A stretch of 64,000 bases of DNA, from contig OX597819.1 in the NCBI GenBank assembly GCA_951406725.2, positions 114,390,001 to 114,454,000 on the forward strand, read 5' to 3'. A model generated the notes under the pieces. The model was given only the letters and a program-made list of their open reading frames with translations, ran no database searches and was not told the DNA's origin. This document shows, one piece after another, positions 1-13,500 of this stretch. Every line of letters begins with the position of its first letter. The first letter of the stretch is position 1. A program made the translations under genes and the position numbers. This DNA comes from Octopus vulgaris. Taxonomy: Eukaryota.

Positions 1-330
1 GTAAAATGATAAATGAATACGTGCATGAGAATGAATGCATGTGTGCAAGTGATATGCATGTGTAGACAAGAGAACGTATATGTACATGAGTATGTGCATG
101 TATGCACGCAAGTGAGAGCATGTGTAAGTGAATGCATGTGTACATAATGAGTGCACATATATATGTGAATGTCTGTGTGTATGTATCTATGTGTGTACAT
201 GACTGAGTACATGTGTGAGTGCATGTGCACACAAGTAAGTGTATGTATGCGATGGTCTGCATGTGAGTGCATGAGTGTGTTTTTTATGTTTTAGTCTGAG
301 TATGTACATGCTTCTGTGAGTATTTGAAGG
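1..330. repeat. Degenerate (TG/CATG)n low-complexity region; many (TA)n, (CA)n, (GA)n, (AAT)n, (GAT)n microsatellites throughout the window
   Basis: Examples: (TA)n 6973-7022, 26535-26576, 48015-48060; (GA)n 26577-26609; (CAT)n 46681-46716. Confidence 0.9.
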
Positions 331-602
331 TGCACACACAGATCTGAAGCTCAAGAGAAACTATGTTACTAATTCAAGCCAAACCAGACCAGATTAGTTG
401 AATAGTAGAAGTAGTATTAGTAATAATAGAGATAACAGTTGTGCTAGAAACAGTATTAGTAGTAACGGTGACAGTGTATCTTGCAACAGTTAATGTGCTG
501 TGAGTTCTATAAATTTTTTTTCCCTTAATATATATATATATATATATATGTACATATATATATTTCCTCTAGATGGTGAGGTGCTATTGTTCTGTTACTC
601 AC

Positions 603-826
603 GATGCCGATGGCTGCAGCGTGGTGCTAGCCTTGCGGAAATTGACTATAGAGGAACCAAGCAGGGACCATCTTGCATTCTGTTGCCTTAGAAAGTTATG
701 TGAAACAGTACGGGTTAGGGAAGTTTTCCTATTGAGGTGGTTGTTAGATTTTAAGACAGACCTCGAACTTCCTGGAGAAGCAATATGTGTGTCTGATGAA
801 CTTCGGCCATATGATGATTCTTCTTG
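603..826 (-). CDS. Exon (Ser/Arg-rich): [74 protein letters not shown]
   Basis: ttttcacag acceptor, TC|gtgagt donor, 224 nt open frame, GC-richer than flanks. Confidence 0.82.
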
Positions 827-3800
827 CTGTGAAAATTAGAGCAGAAAAGAGTGCAAAATTTTAAAATAAATAGACTAAAAAATTTCAATTATAAAAAAAA
901 AATTTTTGCAGTTAAATAAAACATTAAAAACAATAGTATCATTTCTTCCTCATTTTCCCAATGTCTCAAAGACTTCTTCAGTTTATATTTTGACTTGAAA
1001 CCACTCAAAGCAAGAATCATAGGATGCTTCAAGACAAAAGAATACAGGAAAGAGGGAAATGGCATTAATTATACAAAAAACTCTGCAGTATACTTGCAAA
1101 TAAATGACGACAATAAAATAACTGATAAAGATTTAAATGAAATTCAAGGTAATAAAAGAAGTGAAAAATAATTAATAACTAGTTAAATAATGAAATGTTA
1201 GTTTCAAATTTTGGCACAAGGCCAGCAATTTCGGGGGAGGTGGGGACTAGTTGATTACATTGACCATAGTGTTCAACTGGTACTTATTTTATCGACTCCA
1301 AAAGGAAAGGATGAAAGGCAAAGTCAACTTCAGTGCAATTTGAACTCAGAACATAAAGACGGGTGAAATGCTGCTAAGCATTTTGCCCGGCCAACATTCC
1401 AGTGTTAATTAAATGATAAAATACTGTAAACATAATTAAATGATAAAATACTGTAAACAAGACAACAATAAGGGAGCTAATAAAAGGAGAGTTCAAAAAC
1501 CAAATGAAGTAAAATAGAAGAAAATAAATTTCAACACTTACTAAAGATGATTGTGTTGGTGATTTAGTGGTCTTTGATTTTGAGACATCATGGTTTAATT
1601 CTTCAGAGGATACATTTTCTGCTTTACCATTTTCCTTCAAAAATAACAGGAATAAAAACCAAGACAATATTAAATTAGAAGAAAATTCTCTTTATCCTAT
1701 ACTCAGCATTTCTTTTATATAAGCCCAAAAAACTCACACAAAAAGTAAAAAAGAAAATTAAAATAAGGGTGCAGGTTGCTTGACTAGGAAACTTATTTTG
1801 CAGTCATGTGGTTTCATGTTTAAACCCACCACACTGCTCCTTAAATAAATATTTTCCACCACAGCTTGGGGTTTACCAATGTCCTGTGAGTAAAATTTGG
1901 CTGATGGAAATTGTGCAGGGGATCATAGTGTGTGTGTGTGTGTGTGCAGTACCATATTTGATGGCATACTGTTTCTTCTCCAAAAGTATGCCTCAATAAC
2001 ATCACTCCAGATTCTTTGTGCAGAGTTGGGCCTATATTACATGCTTAATGTATGAACAAATCTTTTCCTGAAAATGCACTACTGAAATCAGGGTACATCT
2101 AATATATCCATGTGACCTTTATACCATTAAATTGAGTATTCATATCTGTGGAAGGGAAGTAACTCGTTATTTAGATATAAGTCAGACGAACTAAGCCAAT
2201 TCGATAATTAGAAGTCAATAGCACTAGGGTTGGTATATTTGAATAAAACCCTTTAAATTGAATCTACAGTACAGCCACTGTCTGATGAATGAAACTAGTA
2301 AAAGAATAGTTTCTGTCAAATATGTCTGTAAATTTGGATATTTACATGTTCAACATTTCTAATACTTTTTAAAACATCTTCAAAACAATCTTATTTTACA
2401 GCCAGATGATAATCCTATGCAATTTTAACCCCAAACATCTGACAGTGAAGCAGAGATAGTTACTCTAGTTCTTTCCTGTTAACTGATGAAAGTAAAGCCA
2501 TATGCTTTCTCTATGTTGTACATCAAAATGGCATCTGTGAGAATATGGCTTTAGATTTGAATATCAATACAAGGACTTCAAAACTACCTAGACTATGAGT
2601 TAACAGAATACCAGACAGTTGTTGAGGGGTCGTTAATTAGATACAAAGAGTTTCAGAGTGATTGAAATCTTAAAAGTCCTTAATCTAATGTATTTTACAT
2701 AAGAAGAGTGTTGTAAAACTTATTAGCAAGACAGGGAAATAAATGAATATTTGAGAACTTAACTTGACATTGATAAAATATATGATGTTAATAGGTTCTA
2801 TGTCAGCTGTGACAGAACAGACTCATAATCAAAGATATTCCAGCAGTGACTGTCTTGTCTTTTTTTTAAGACAGGATGGTTACTGAGCATTAATTTATAG
2901 ATATCTGACTTGTATGTAGCAGGCTGAGTCCTCAAAGGTCCATAGACTGATATATCATGCACTTATGGAGACAAAAAGTTCTGATAACTCTTTGTGTAAT
3001 AGAAGAGACACCACTTAATGACTTCATTTTCATAGAGCATGTAGGACAAGTTCAACAAAAGAATTAAAACTTGGCACAGCAGGTTATACAGTGCTCCTGC
3101 TGCTTACAGCAGTAAACTGTTCTGCAACATAATGACTATTGTGGATTAATAAAAGAATCTTCACCATGGACACTGTTGTGAAGATGAGCAGATTAAAATG
3201 TCAGTTTTTGGTCTTGTAAACCAACACTTTATTAGTTTAGTCAACTATGGCTAACACTTATGAAGATGAGATTAAAAAGTAAGAAAAGGCTTCTAGTGTG
3301 TTTTTATATTCCTCAACCTATCTCTTTAATTATATACATAGCAAAATATACATACCAATGTATCCTTAGAAGTTACTGTACACTGTAACTGTAAGGAACC
3401 AGATTTACATTTTGTAAGGGGGAACCACTCAGGATGTCCCTGAAATAAGAAAAAATGCCGAACTAATAGAAAGAAAAGAAACAGCAAGGAAAAAGACAAT
3501 AGTATAGAACTTTAATAATAAAGGTAGATTAAATTTAATGTAAAGTTTGACATGTAAAATAATGTAGTCCAGGTTTGTGTGAAATATTGAGAAAATAGAA
3601 CTATGAACGTAGTGATGGCAGTCTGTAAAATGCTGGGAAAAATATAACTTTGCACCAAATTTATATTATTGTGTCAATGAAAGAAAATAATTGCTGTGCC
3701 TCAGATGAGGTACATATTGTATAGTGATCCATCTTGATGAAAGAGGTAAAACCTATGATCAAAGGCATTCCAAAAAAAAAAAAAAAAAGGTTGACGGTCT

Positions 3801-6800
3801 GGTCACACCAGACTCTCAACCTTTTTTTCAGGCAATGTGCATCTAGAATCACATTATCCTATATACTCTTTCTGTTTTAAGTTGGAATCATATTTTGAGG
3901 AAGATTTAGCTATTAAATGACTGCATGCAGGATCTCCTATTGGCTCATTTACTGTAGATAAATACTGAATAGTGAATATTATATCACAAGTGAAGTACCG
4001 TGTATTATAGTATTATGTGTCATAATGGACGATGTCATATGTAACAAGTATAACTGGAAGAGTTATTATGTGTTGATGATGATGTTATATAGACACGGAC
4101 ACAATTTTTGTCTTAATAAACCTCTACTAAATCTGTAACTAATCCAACACAAAACAGAAAGATCTAGTTTAATAGGTCAAACTTCATTGCTCAGTTGGCA
4201 TTCTAACTATTATTTTTTTCTATCTTGGCATTAGGAAGGGCATCCAGCCGTAGAAACACTGCCAGATCAGACTGGGCCTGATGCAGCCTTCTGGCTTCAC
4301 AGACCCCAGTTGAACCGTCCAACCCATGCTAGCATGGAAAACGGATGCTAAATGATGATAATGATGATGGATGAACAATTTGCTCTAAAATTAATGATAT
4401 GAAATATATGGTTCCATGTTATGAGAAGGGAATTTGAGCTCATACCTTGATAATTTGTACAACACAATAGCTATACTAACCTTATGACCACGTTATCAGT
4501 AAGCCAACAACATTTGGCTGAAGCATGGAACAGACTGCCAGCATCAGTTGTTAATTGTTGGAGCACTGCATCCTTCAAAACTTCCATGCTTCCTGAGATT
4601 CGCCAACGCTACACCTGATTTTCTCCCTTCCATACACACGTAAGCATGTATCTGACTCATACAATGTTCGCTTACCAGACATTTGTACATTACTGCATAT
4701 ACTTTATACGCACTTTTTGACAAGTTGTGGTGCACCTGAGCACTGTATACAATAATTTCATTATTATTATTATTATTATTATTATTTTGCTTTAAATTTT
4801 TTATAACCTTTTTGGTAATAATCCACCTGAGACTGACCCTAGTTCTAAGATACAAACTTCATGTTTTAAAGTGATCTTAATAAAAAATCTTCCATGAAAA
4901 TTTTATGTTAATTTGCATTCCAAACACCAGCATAATAATGAGAAAGTAATTTTTCTAAATCTTTCATTATTTTCAAAATTAATTGAAACAGAGGTAGTGA
5001 GTTTCAACAGAAGCAAGGTAAAGAAAGAGTTAAAGATTTGTCAAAGGGTAGTAAGAGGTAATACCCATGACCTGTTTTTCAGGGTCTTGAAGGCTGGGAT
5101 GAAGTAAACAAAACCCTTGTCTATATGTTCATAACAGAATGGATTCTATTGAAAGTACCCAAAGGCTAGGTGATAGTGTCAGCCTTTTCATAGTCATATT
5201 CTGAGTAAAACACCAAGTGTTTCAATTAATTTTGAAAATAATCAAGAACTAAGAAGGATTTAGTGAAGCAACCAACTTTTTCGTTATTAAGATGATATTT
5301 GGGACATAACAGACTGAGTCTTACATATGATCATGATTTGAGGTTTGAACTAAATATGAACAATTTAAAATGACAATGTTTTGTACCAGAACCAGAGGTG
5401 GTCTCAGGTGGGTTAAAATCAAAAGGATTTAAACTAGGCAACAGATCAATTATATCATTTAGCAGAGAAAGAGTGGGGTAGAGAGTAAGGAGGGAAAGGG
5501 AGAGAAGAGAGAGCAGGGAAAAGAGGGGGAGAGAAAAAGGAAGAAAGGGAGAGGGAGAGAGAGAAAGAGAAAGAGAGAGATACTAACATTGAGGGACATC
5601 TCTTTCATTTTGCTCACAGTTAACGTTAAATTCCCAAGGAAATCATCATATATCAGATCCTTGTCGGAGAGAACCTGAAGAATAAATGAAAGAGAACAGA
5701 TGTTAAATAACATATGTGTCACTATAAATGTGTGGATGTGTGTGTATGCACATGTATGTTTGTTAAAGAAAATGTTAACATTTGAGAGCAAGTACATTTG
5801 CTTAAAATTCCATATGTATTGGGATGCATATGTAAAAGTATGTGCACATGTGCGTGAATGCATGTGAACATGTATGAATAACAGAATGTAAAAGTATACA
5901 TATGTAAGTGAGAATGAGCATGTGTGTGTGCATAAGCCTGAAATGGTTCTTATATCTAGGAACACCAAAAGCCATCTTAGAAACCCGACTCACAGTGTCC
6001 CGAACAGACAGATTAGACCAAAGAAAGCCACATACCACTATTTGATTGATGAGGTTTCATAGGATATCCTGTAGTCTCGTTCCCCATTGAAATTGGCTTC
6101 CAAAGTTTCCTAGTGAAATCAATGCAATATTTCTACAAAAAAGATTGTCTTGCAACTCAAACAACTAAAGAAAGCCACTGATAGCCATAGCAGCTGAGGC
6201 CAGTTTGAGGTGATTGAGACTGAAGAGAGAAAATAGGTGGAACTCATCTGGAGACGAAGGTTAATATATTCTTTGTTGTTCTAGTAAGGCATTACATACC
6301 AACAAAGTGGCAAAATGCTTGTGACAGTGAAGTACCTGATGGAGATGCAGGAGGGTTCCCAACAACACTGATATTTAGATCATCAGTAAGAGAAAGAACT
6401 GGCAAACATCTTAAAGAACACCTGTAGTTACTGGTGGGGGGAAAGTATCTCTGATGCTAATTTTTCACTCTGTGTGTGTGTGTGTGTGTGATGGATCTCT
6501 GCTGTCCAAGGATGAGTTAATTGGACAACTTAATTACCAGTTCTTGAAGTAACATGTAAGTGGCTGAGCAATCCACAAGCAGATGTATCCTTAGCATAAT
6601 TCTCAAACAGAATCAGCGTGGCATTGTATATGTATGAAATGCAACTACAGTCCATCTGGCAGGGTTCTGTGCAGTTTCCATCTACCCAAATTCACTAGCA
6701 CAGTATGAGTCAACCCAAGGCTATAGAAAATGACATGTGTTTAAGATGCAATGCAGGACTGAATTTGGAACCCTGCAGTTGCTGAGTAATCTTAACTTAA

Positions 6801-6970
6801 CCTAAGGGCATCCTCTTTGGCGTTAGGAAGGGCATCCAGCTGTAGAAACTCTGCCAAATCAAGATTGGAGCCTAGTGCAGCCATCTGGTTCGCCAGCCCT
6901 CAGTCAAAATGTCCAACCCATGCTAGCATGGAAAGCGAACGTTAAACGATGATGATGATGATGATGATAT

Positions 6971-7025
<55 letters not shown>

Positions 7026-7531
7026 TATAGGGCAGAGGTGTAACCTTGATCAAAACAGATATGAGTGAAAGAGTGGTACAAATGTATGAATGTGTGCGTG
7101 AAGCAACTCACCAATTCAATAGTTGTATTATTGTCATCAGGTAACTCCAATGTGGCACTCTCATTCCATATGGGGAACAGTGTCTTCTTTTTCACAGATG
7201 TCTTGAATAGCTTCTTCTTACCTAGCATCACCTCACAAAATGGGTCACTGAATCCTGAAATTAAAGGCGTATCTTGGTTTTAATGAATATATAAATATGT
7301 ATATATATGTACATACACCCACACCTACACACAAAATGCAACTACAGGTGGATTGTTGGCAAATTTTTTCCTCTGTCTTCCTTTTCTCTTGGACTTTCTT
7401 CTGTTTCCTGCTTCTGAAGAAGAGCTTTGCTCGAAATATAAAACACTCTTTCTTTCCTTCCCTGAGTGTCTTTTAATACTTTGTATGTACCACATCCTTG
7501 TGTTGTTGTTTTTTACTTCATTTTCTTTTGA

Positions 7532-7562
<31 letters not shown>

Positions 7563-10500
7563 AAGAGAGAGAGAGAGAGAGAGACACACACACACACACA
7601 CACATATAATAGTGGGACACAAATTTACAGTTTCATTTCATTTGATTATATTGCCTTTTGATTTCACAGAAAGATTTCTTTTAGTGGATATTGAAGCTAC
7701 CTTGAGGTGAGTTGTATAGTATTTGATAAACAGGCACAATTACTTTCTGAGATATATCTATGGTCATATGATACACATGGATGAGGACAGCTGTATAAAG
7801 AAGTGCTGATCTCTAACTGTGGAGAGAACCTGTTGTAGAGGTAGACCCAAGAAGACATGGGATGAGGTGGTGAGGCATGATCTTTGAACTTTGAGCCTCA
7901 CAGAGGGAATGACTGGTGCCCAAAACTTTTGGCAATGTACTGTGCTTGAGTGGACCCATCAAGTCAAATGCATCCATACTGGTTGTACGTAAAGAACATC
8001 TTTTGAGTGCTGGGCCTGATGGAGGCAAAGTGGCTGAGTTCCTCTCAAGTGTTGGGCCTCACAGAAGCAATGACCAAGACTTTTGGCATTATGTTGTGCT
8101 TGAGAAGAAGACCCATCAAACCAAGCAAAATTGCAGTCATGGCAGATACCAGTGTCATGCAAACTGGCACCTGTGCCGGTGGCATGTAATGGCATCCCAA
8201 TGTCACACAAATGGCACCCGTGCTGGTGGCACATAAAAGCACCCATTACACTCTCAGAGTGGTTGGCATTAGGAAGGGCATCCAGCCGTAGAAAAACATG
8301 ACAAATCAGACTGGAGTTTCGTGCAGCCTTCCAGCGTGCCAGCCCAGTCAAACCGTCCAATTCATGTCAGCATGGACAACAGACATTAAATGATGATGAT
8401 GATGATGATCTCTGCTGGTATTATTATTTACACTCGTACCCTAGTTGTTGTATATCTTTGTCAGTTAACCTTGATCAAGTAGACAGATGATCAAAGGTAT
8501 TCCACTAACGACCATCCCATCTTTTTTCTAGTCATGTTGAATCAAGTATTACATTACCCAACATTTCCTTTTATAAGAGTTTAGTTCCAAGAGAGCTGAC
8601 CTATAACCAAAAGTATTCTAACCATGATCATCCTGTCCCTTTCCAGATACAGTGTATATAGAATGACTATCAAATGCATCCTAACACTCTTTTTCTAAAG
8701 ACGGTAAGATGTGAGTTGATGGAGATATGGCTGCTATTTTTAGCAGCTTAAATGACCACATAGAGCCATCATTGTTGGCATGTTGAAGTAAAAACTGTAG
8801 CTGGTATTACTATTTAGTCTCAGGTTAACCCTGATCAAGTTCACTGATAATGAAAAGCAGTCCAGACTTGACCCACCCTGACAGCGTGTTCTACTAGTAT
8901 TCCATTGGCATGGTATATGATTAAAGGGGATTTGGCTGCTATTTCTAACTAGTCAAGCAACAATGTAAAGTTTCTCTCGTTGTTGATAGTGATACCAATA
9001 CTGGCATCAATGATAAAGCATTTATCTTTCAGTTACATTTCATTTTGTTCAACTTGAAAATCTCACATCTTTCTCAATATTCTTCAATTAAACTAAACTT
9101 CTTTAAACAATTTTGAAACTTTGACACTGATTAACTAATGATAATATTTAACAGACATTTTCTACTTACCATTTCTATCTTTTGATTCTAAATTCTTAGC
9201 TTGAATAATTTTGAAGTCCACAAAAGTTTTACCTGAAATAAAAAATAGTAATAATAACAATGATGATGATGATAATTTCTTTTAATAGGTAGAAGAACAA
9301 CAGATAAGAGGTCATTGCAGAGAAAAAACTTGCTAAAATGGAATGAGGGTTTTCACTGCACCCAATGCTATATCCACCAACCTAACCAAAACTCTTAAGG
9401 TAATGATGATGATGATTTTATTGGCTACTAGATTCCAATACCCTGGGGACAATACAAAGGTAAAATACGAAAGGAAACACACAAGAAATAGTGTTAGATT
9501 TACATGAAATAAAGGTGAGATTAGCCATAATAATAATATGAACTTGGACAGATTTAACAATAAATAGAAATAACAAAATAAAACAACAATTGCAGCATGG
9601 AAGGTGTTTATAAGCCATTTAAGAAACACACAAAACCGTTAGATTCACTTCAACATTTAAATTTAATTCTCAGATGCAGCACAAAGTTTTGTCAGTGAAC
9701 AGGTCGTGGTCTCAAAGCGACGAAAATATTTTGACAAATTAAATTTAAATGTTGAAGTGAATCTAACGGTTTTGTGTGTTTCTTAAATGGCTTATAAACA
9801 CCTTCCATGCTGCAATTGTTTTCGTTCCAGCACACGATCTCAGATCAAGTCACTCGCTATGCAAGTACATCTCCGTAAAAATAAAACAAGAAAGTCTAAA
9901 ATGTGAGGTTAACAACATTGTATAAGGGTAATCCACAGACAACCCTGAATTATCTTGACACAAAAAGGCAACTGCTTTCTCCCATTTCTTGACAGCAATC
10001 TGTAGCTGCTACATAGTTAATTTCCTCATTCATCCACCTCATAAAATTCACTGGAAGTCAATACCTTTCCCTCTGCTCTTACCTTCTTCTTAGAGGTATG
10101 CATATTGCCCTATTTTGGCTAATGTGTGCTTCCTTTATCTTTTGGTACGCTTCCAAAATAGTGCAGACCACTATGATTTCCTATATCTAATACTATTAGG
10201 TGACATCATTTGCATATATTGACATGGTTCGCTTGTATCTCAATTTTAACAATACTATCCTCAATGTTTTCAGCCTTAGCCCAAATAGTTATGATGTTAT
10301 AACATACAAAAGAGAGAAAAGAAAGCAACTTTGGCAGAATAAGCATTGTAATTAATTCTGATAAGTGGCCCTTTCATTTGACTATTGAATAGATGCTGCT
10401 GTACATTTTAGTGATCCAGACAGAACTAAACTAGTTATGTTTGCAACAGCTGTTAGAAAGCAATGGTCAACCCTGCCATACCCCTTAGACTTATCTAGAT

Positions 10501-13500
10501 TGATCCAATGTTCACCAAAGCCAGATATAGTGTCAACCCACTCTGCAATATATCACATGCGGTTTGTTCAAGCGCGCATTGTGTACTCAGGAAGTAAAGG
10601 CAACACCTGCCAGATAAATATCAGAACAGGTTTGTGGGGTTTTTGTATAAAGTACACTCACACAATCACTACATCAATATATATCTAACACCTACTCAAT
10701 AGATTTCAAACTTAACAACAGCAACAACTAGTGCGTGTGTGTGTGTGGGGGGGGGAGGCTAGATATACCCCATTAATTCTGTTAGCAACAGCTTCCTTAA
10801 TAGTTTTTACAATGAATATTTTCCAGGCAATGAATGAAGTTATAATACATAATGAGATAATGTAGATATAGGTGCAGGTGTGACTGTGTGGTAAGAAGCT
10901 TGCTTCCCAACCACATGGTTCTGGGTTCAGTCCCACTGTGTGACACCTTGGGAGAATGTCTTCTACTATGTAGTCTCAGGCCAGCCAAAGCCTTGTGAGT
11001 GGATTTGGTAGATGGAAACTAAAAGAAGCCTGTTATATATATATATATATACACACAAAATTTTATTTGACAAGTTCAAGAAAGGAATGAAAGCACTAAT
11101 AATAATGAAGAAATAAAAATATTTTTTCCCAAAATTCTGATGACTTTTTTTTCTCAATATTCAATTTCTGTACATCACACCTAACACTCTATACATACGT
11201 ATATATGTATGTATGTATCTATGTGTGTGTGTGTGTGTGTGCACTTGACAACCACTGTCGGTGTGTTTATGGCCCCTGTAACTTAGCCGTTCAACTAAAG
11301 GGACCAAAAGAATAAGTACTAGGCTTAAAAAAATAAGTCCTGGATTGATTTATCTTGGCTAAAATCTTTCAAGGCAGTGCTCCAGCATGGCTGCAGTCAA
11401 ATGACTGAAGCAAGTAAAAGAATAAAAGGATATATTATCTAATGTTGATAAAAAAATGAATTCGAATTAATAAAATACAACCCAATAAGTGACCATCTCT
11501 TCCTGAAGGTCACTGACTAAAACTGATAAAAGAAGCAATAGTGCAAAGAAAAAAAAAAGTAATAAAAAGACAACAAAAATATTAAAAAAATTAAACTAAT
11601 ATGGTTCAATTAAGTGCATAATTTTACGAAGTTTAATGGAGATATTTACCTTCCAAATATTTCTCAATGAAAGCTAGTGACTGTCTTGAATTCTTGTTTT
11701 CAGCCTAGAAATAAATACATTTTTTAACAACCCATTTGAATTAGGGAAACAGCATACGTCATTGGAACCTGACACATGCAAGCATACACACATCATTCAT
11801 TCTACAATATTGAACAAAAGGTGAGACAATAATGTCATATAGACATTCCTGCATACATGGAAACATATACACATACATACATACATCATTGATGTTTTCA
11901 GGAAGGATATTCAGCCATGGAAAATCTGCTCGAATAAGCTTTGTTTGATCCAGGCAAGCATAGAAAGGTGGATATTAAAACAATGAAAAAATGATGATAT
12001 AATTGAAATGCAGTCTATATACAACTAAGAAGTAAGGTATAATGACTGCTACACAAATACACCAATGAAATACACTCACACATATACCCATGAAATACAG
12101 TCTATACACAACCAAGATGTACACTTTATGACACATATACATACCATTGAAATACGACAAACATATGTAAAAAACATATATAAATGTATACAGCAAAATA
12201 TATAATCTATTGTAGATGGTTCATTTTGTTAATGAGCAGCAAATTTTATAATTACCTGAGTAGTACACTTTATACTTAATTACCTGAGTAGTGCACTTTA
12301 CATTTAATTACCCGAGTAGCACACTTTATACCTAATTACCTGGATAACACATTTGATGACTAATTACCTCAATAATTAACTGATCACATAGCTATATTAG
12401 GAATCAGAATTTGACTATCTGGAAAAGTGATAGGGTTTATATCCTATCCAAGGGGATTGACATCATATCATCATCATCACCATTTAATATCTGCTTTCCA
12501 GGCTGGCACAGGTTGGACGGTTTGACTGAAACTGGTAAGCTGGAGAGCTGCACCAGGTTCCAATTTGGTTTGGCATGGCTTCTATGGCTGGATGCCTGTC
12601 CTAACACCAACCACTCCAAGAACAGTATTATGTTGCTGAATACTGGTTCCTAGAATTTGCTTATGTCATGTTACTGGCATATATTCTATTAATTCACTCC
12701 ATTTTTTTCTAATTATATTTGAGGTTTAAGATATTCTTTTATACATTTCAGTCCAATGACTGTGGCCATGCTGGAGTACCACCATTGAAAAATTTTAGTA
12801 AGACCCCTTAATGCAGGCCCTGGGTGAGATTGAACCCTGCCCAGGATGTTCAATGTTGTCTACATATGCTTCTACCCACAAGACCAGTTTTTTTTCTTTC
12901 TCTACAAAATATGACATAAAGAGTAAGAGATAATGTCTTGACCCATCATTGAATTTAACCTTGAAAAGCGTAATTCTTTCTAATTTTAGTACAAGGCCAG
13001 TAATTTTGAGGAGAGGAATCAAATGGATTACCTCAACCCTAATGCTCAACTGATACTTATTTTATCAACCCTGAAAGAGCGAAAGGCAAAGTCGACATTG
13101 GCAGTGTTTGAACTCAGAACATAAAGGGATGAAAGAAATGCTTCTATTTTGTCCATTGAGTAATGATTCAGCCAGCTTACAACAACCTTAACCTCCATAA
13201 GCATAATGGAAAATAACACCAATTATGATAATTATTGTTGGTTTAAATTTGATGCTTTAGGTAAGAAGAGTGTGATAAGAGTCTTACTTAAGGACACAGC
13301 AGCTGTAGTGAGGATATGAATTCTTAACTAAGAAAAAAAAATTGGTATCCAGCTTTCTATTAGGAGTAATAGTGACAATAAAACTAGTAAAATTGATTCT
13401 GATAGGATTTAAATTCAGAATGTAGGAGAAAGTGAATTTAATTCTGAAATAACGTTTAGTTTGATATTCCATAGTTTTTGCTAATTCACTGCCAAATAAT

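Noticed and set aside
573-839. + strand 88-aa ORF
   Set aside because: Antisense shadow of the minus-strand exon 603-826.
5930-6440. Possible LINE RT fragments (also about 2500-2760, 14700-15300)
   Set aside because: Only faint motif resemblance; cannot be supported without a profile search.
7813-8360. Cluster of overlapping ORFs (also 45917-46310, 49420-49883, 60054-60600)
   Set aside because: All lie in copies of the GC-richer (GAT)n-tailed repeat; no recognisable domain.
12249-12370. Regularly spaced repeats resembling a CRISPR array
   Set aside because: Units are contiguous with near-identical 'spacers', there are no cas genes, and the context is a eukaryotic intron; it is a minisatellite.
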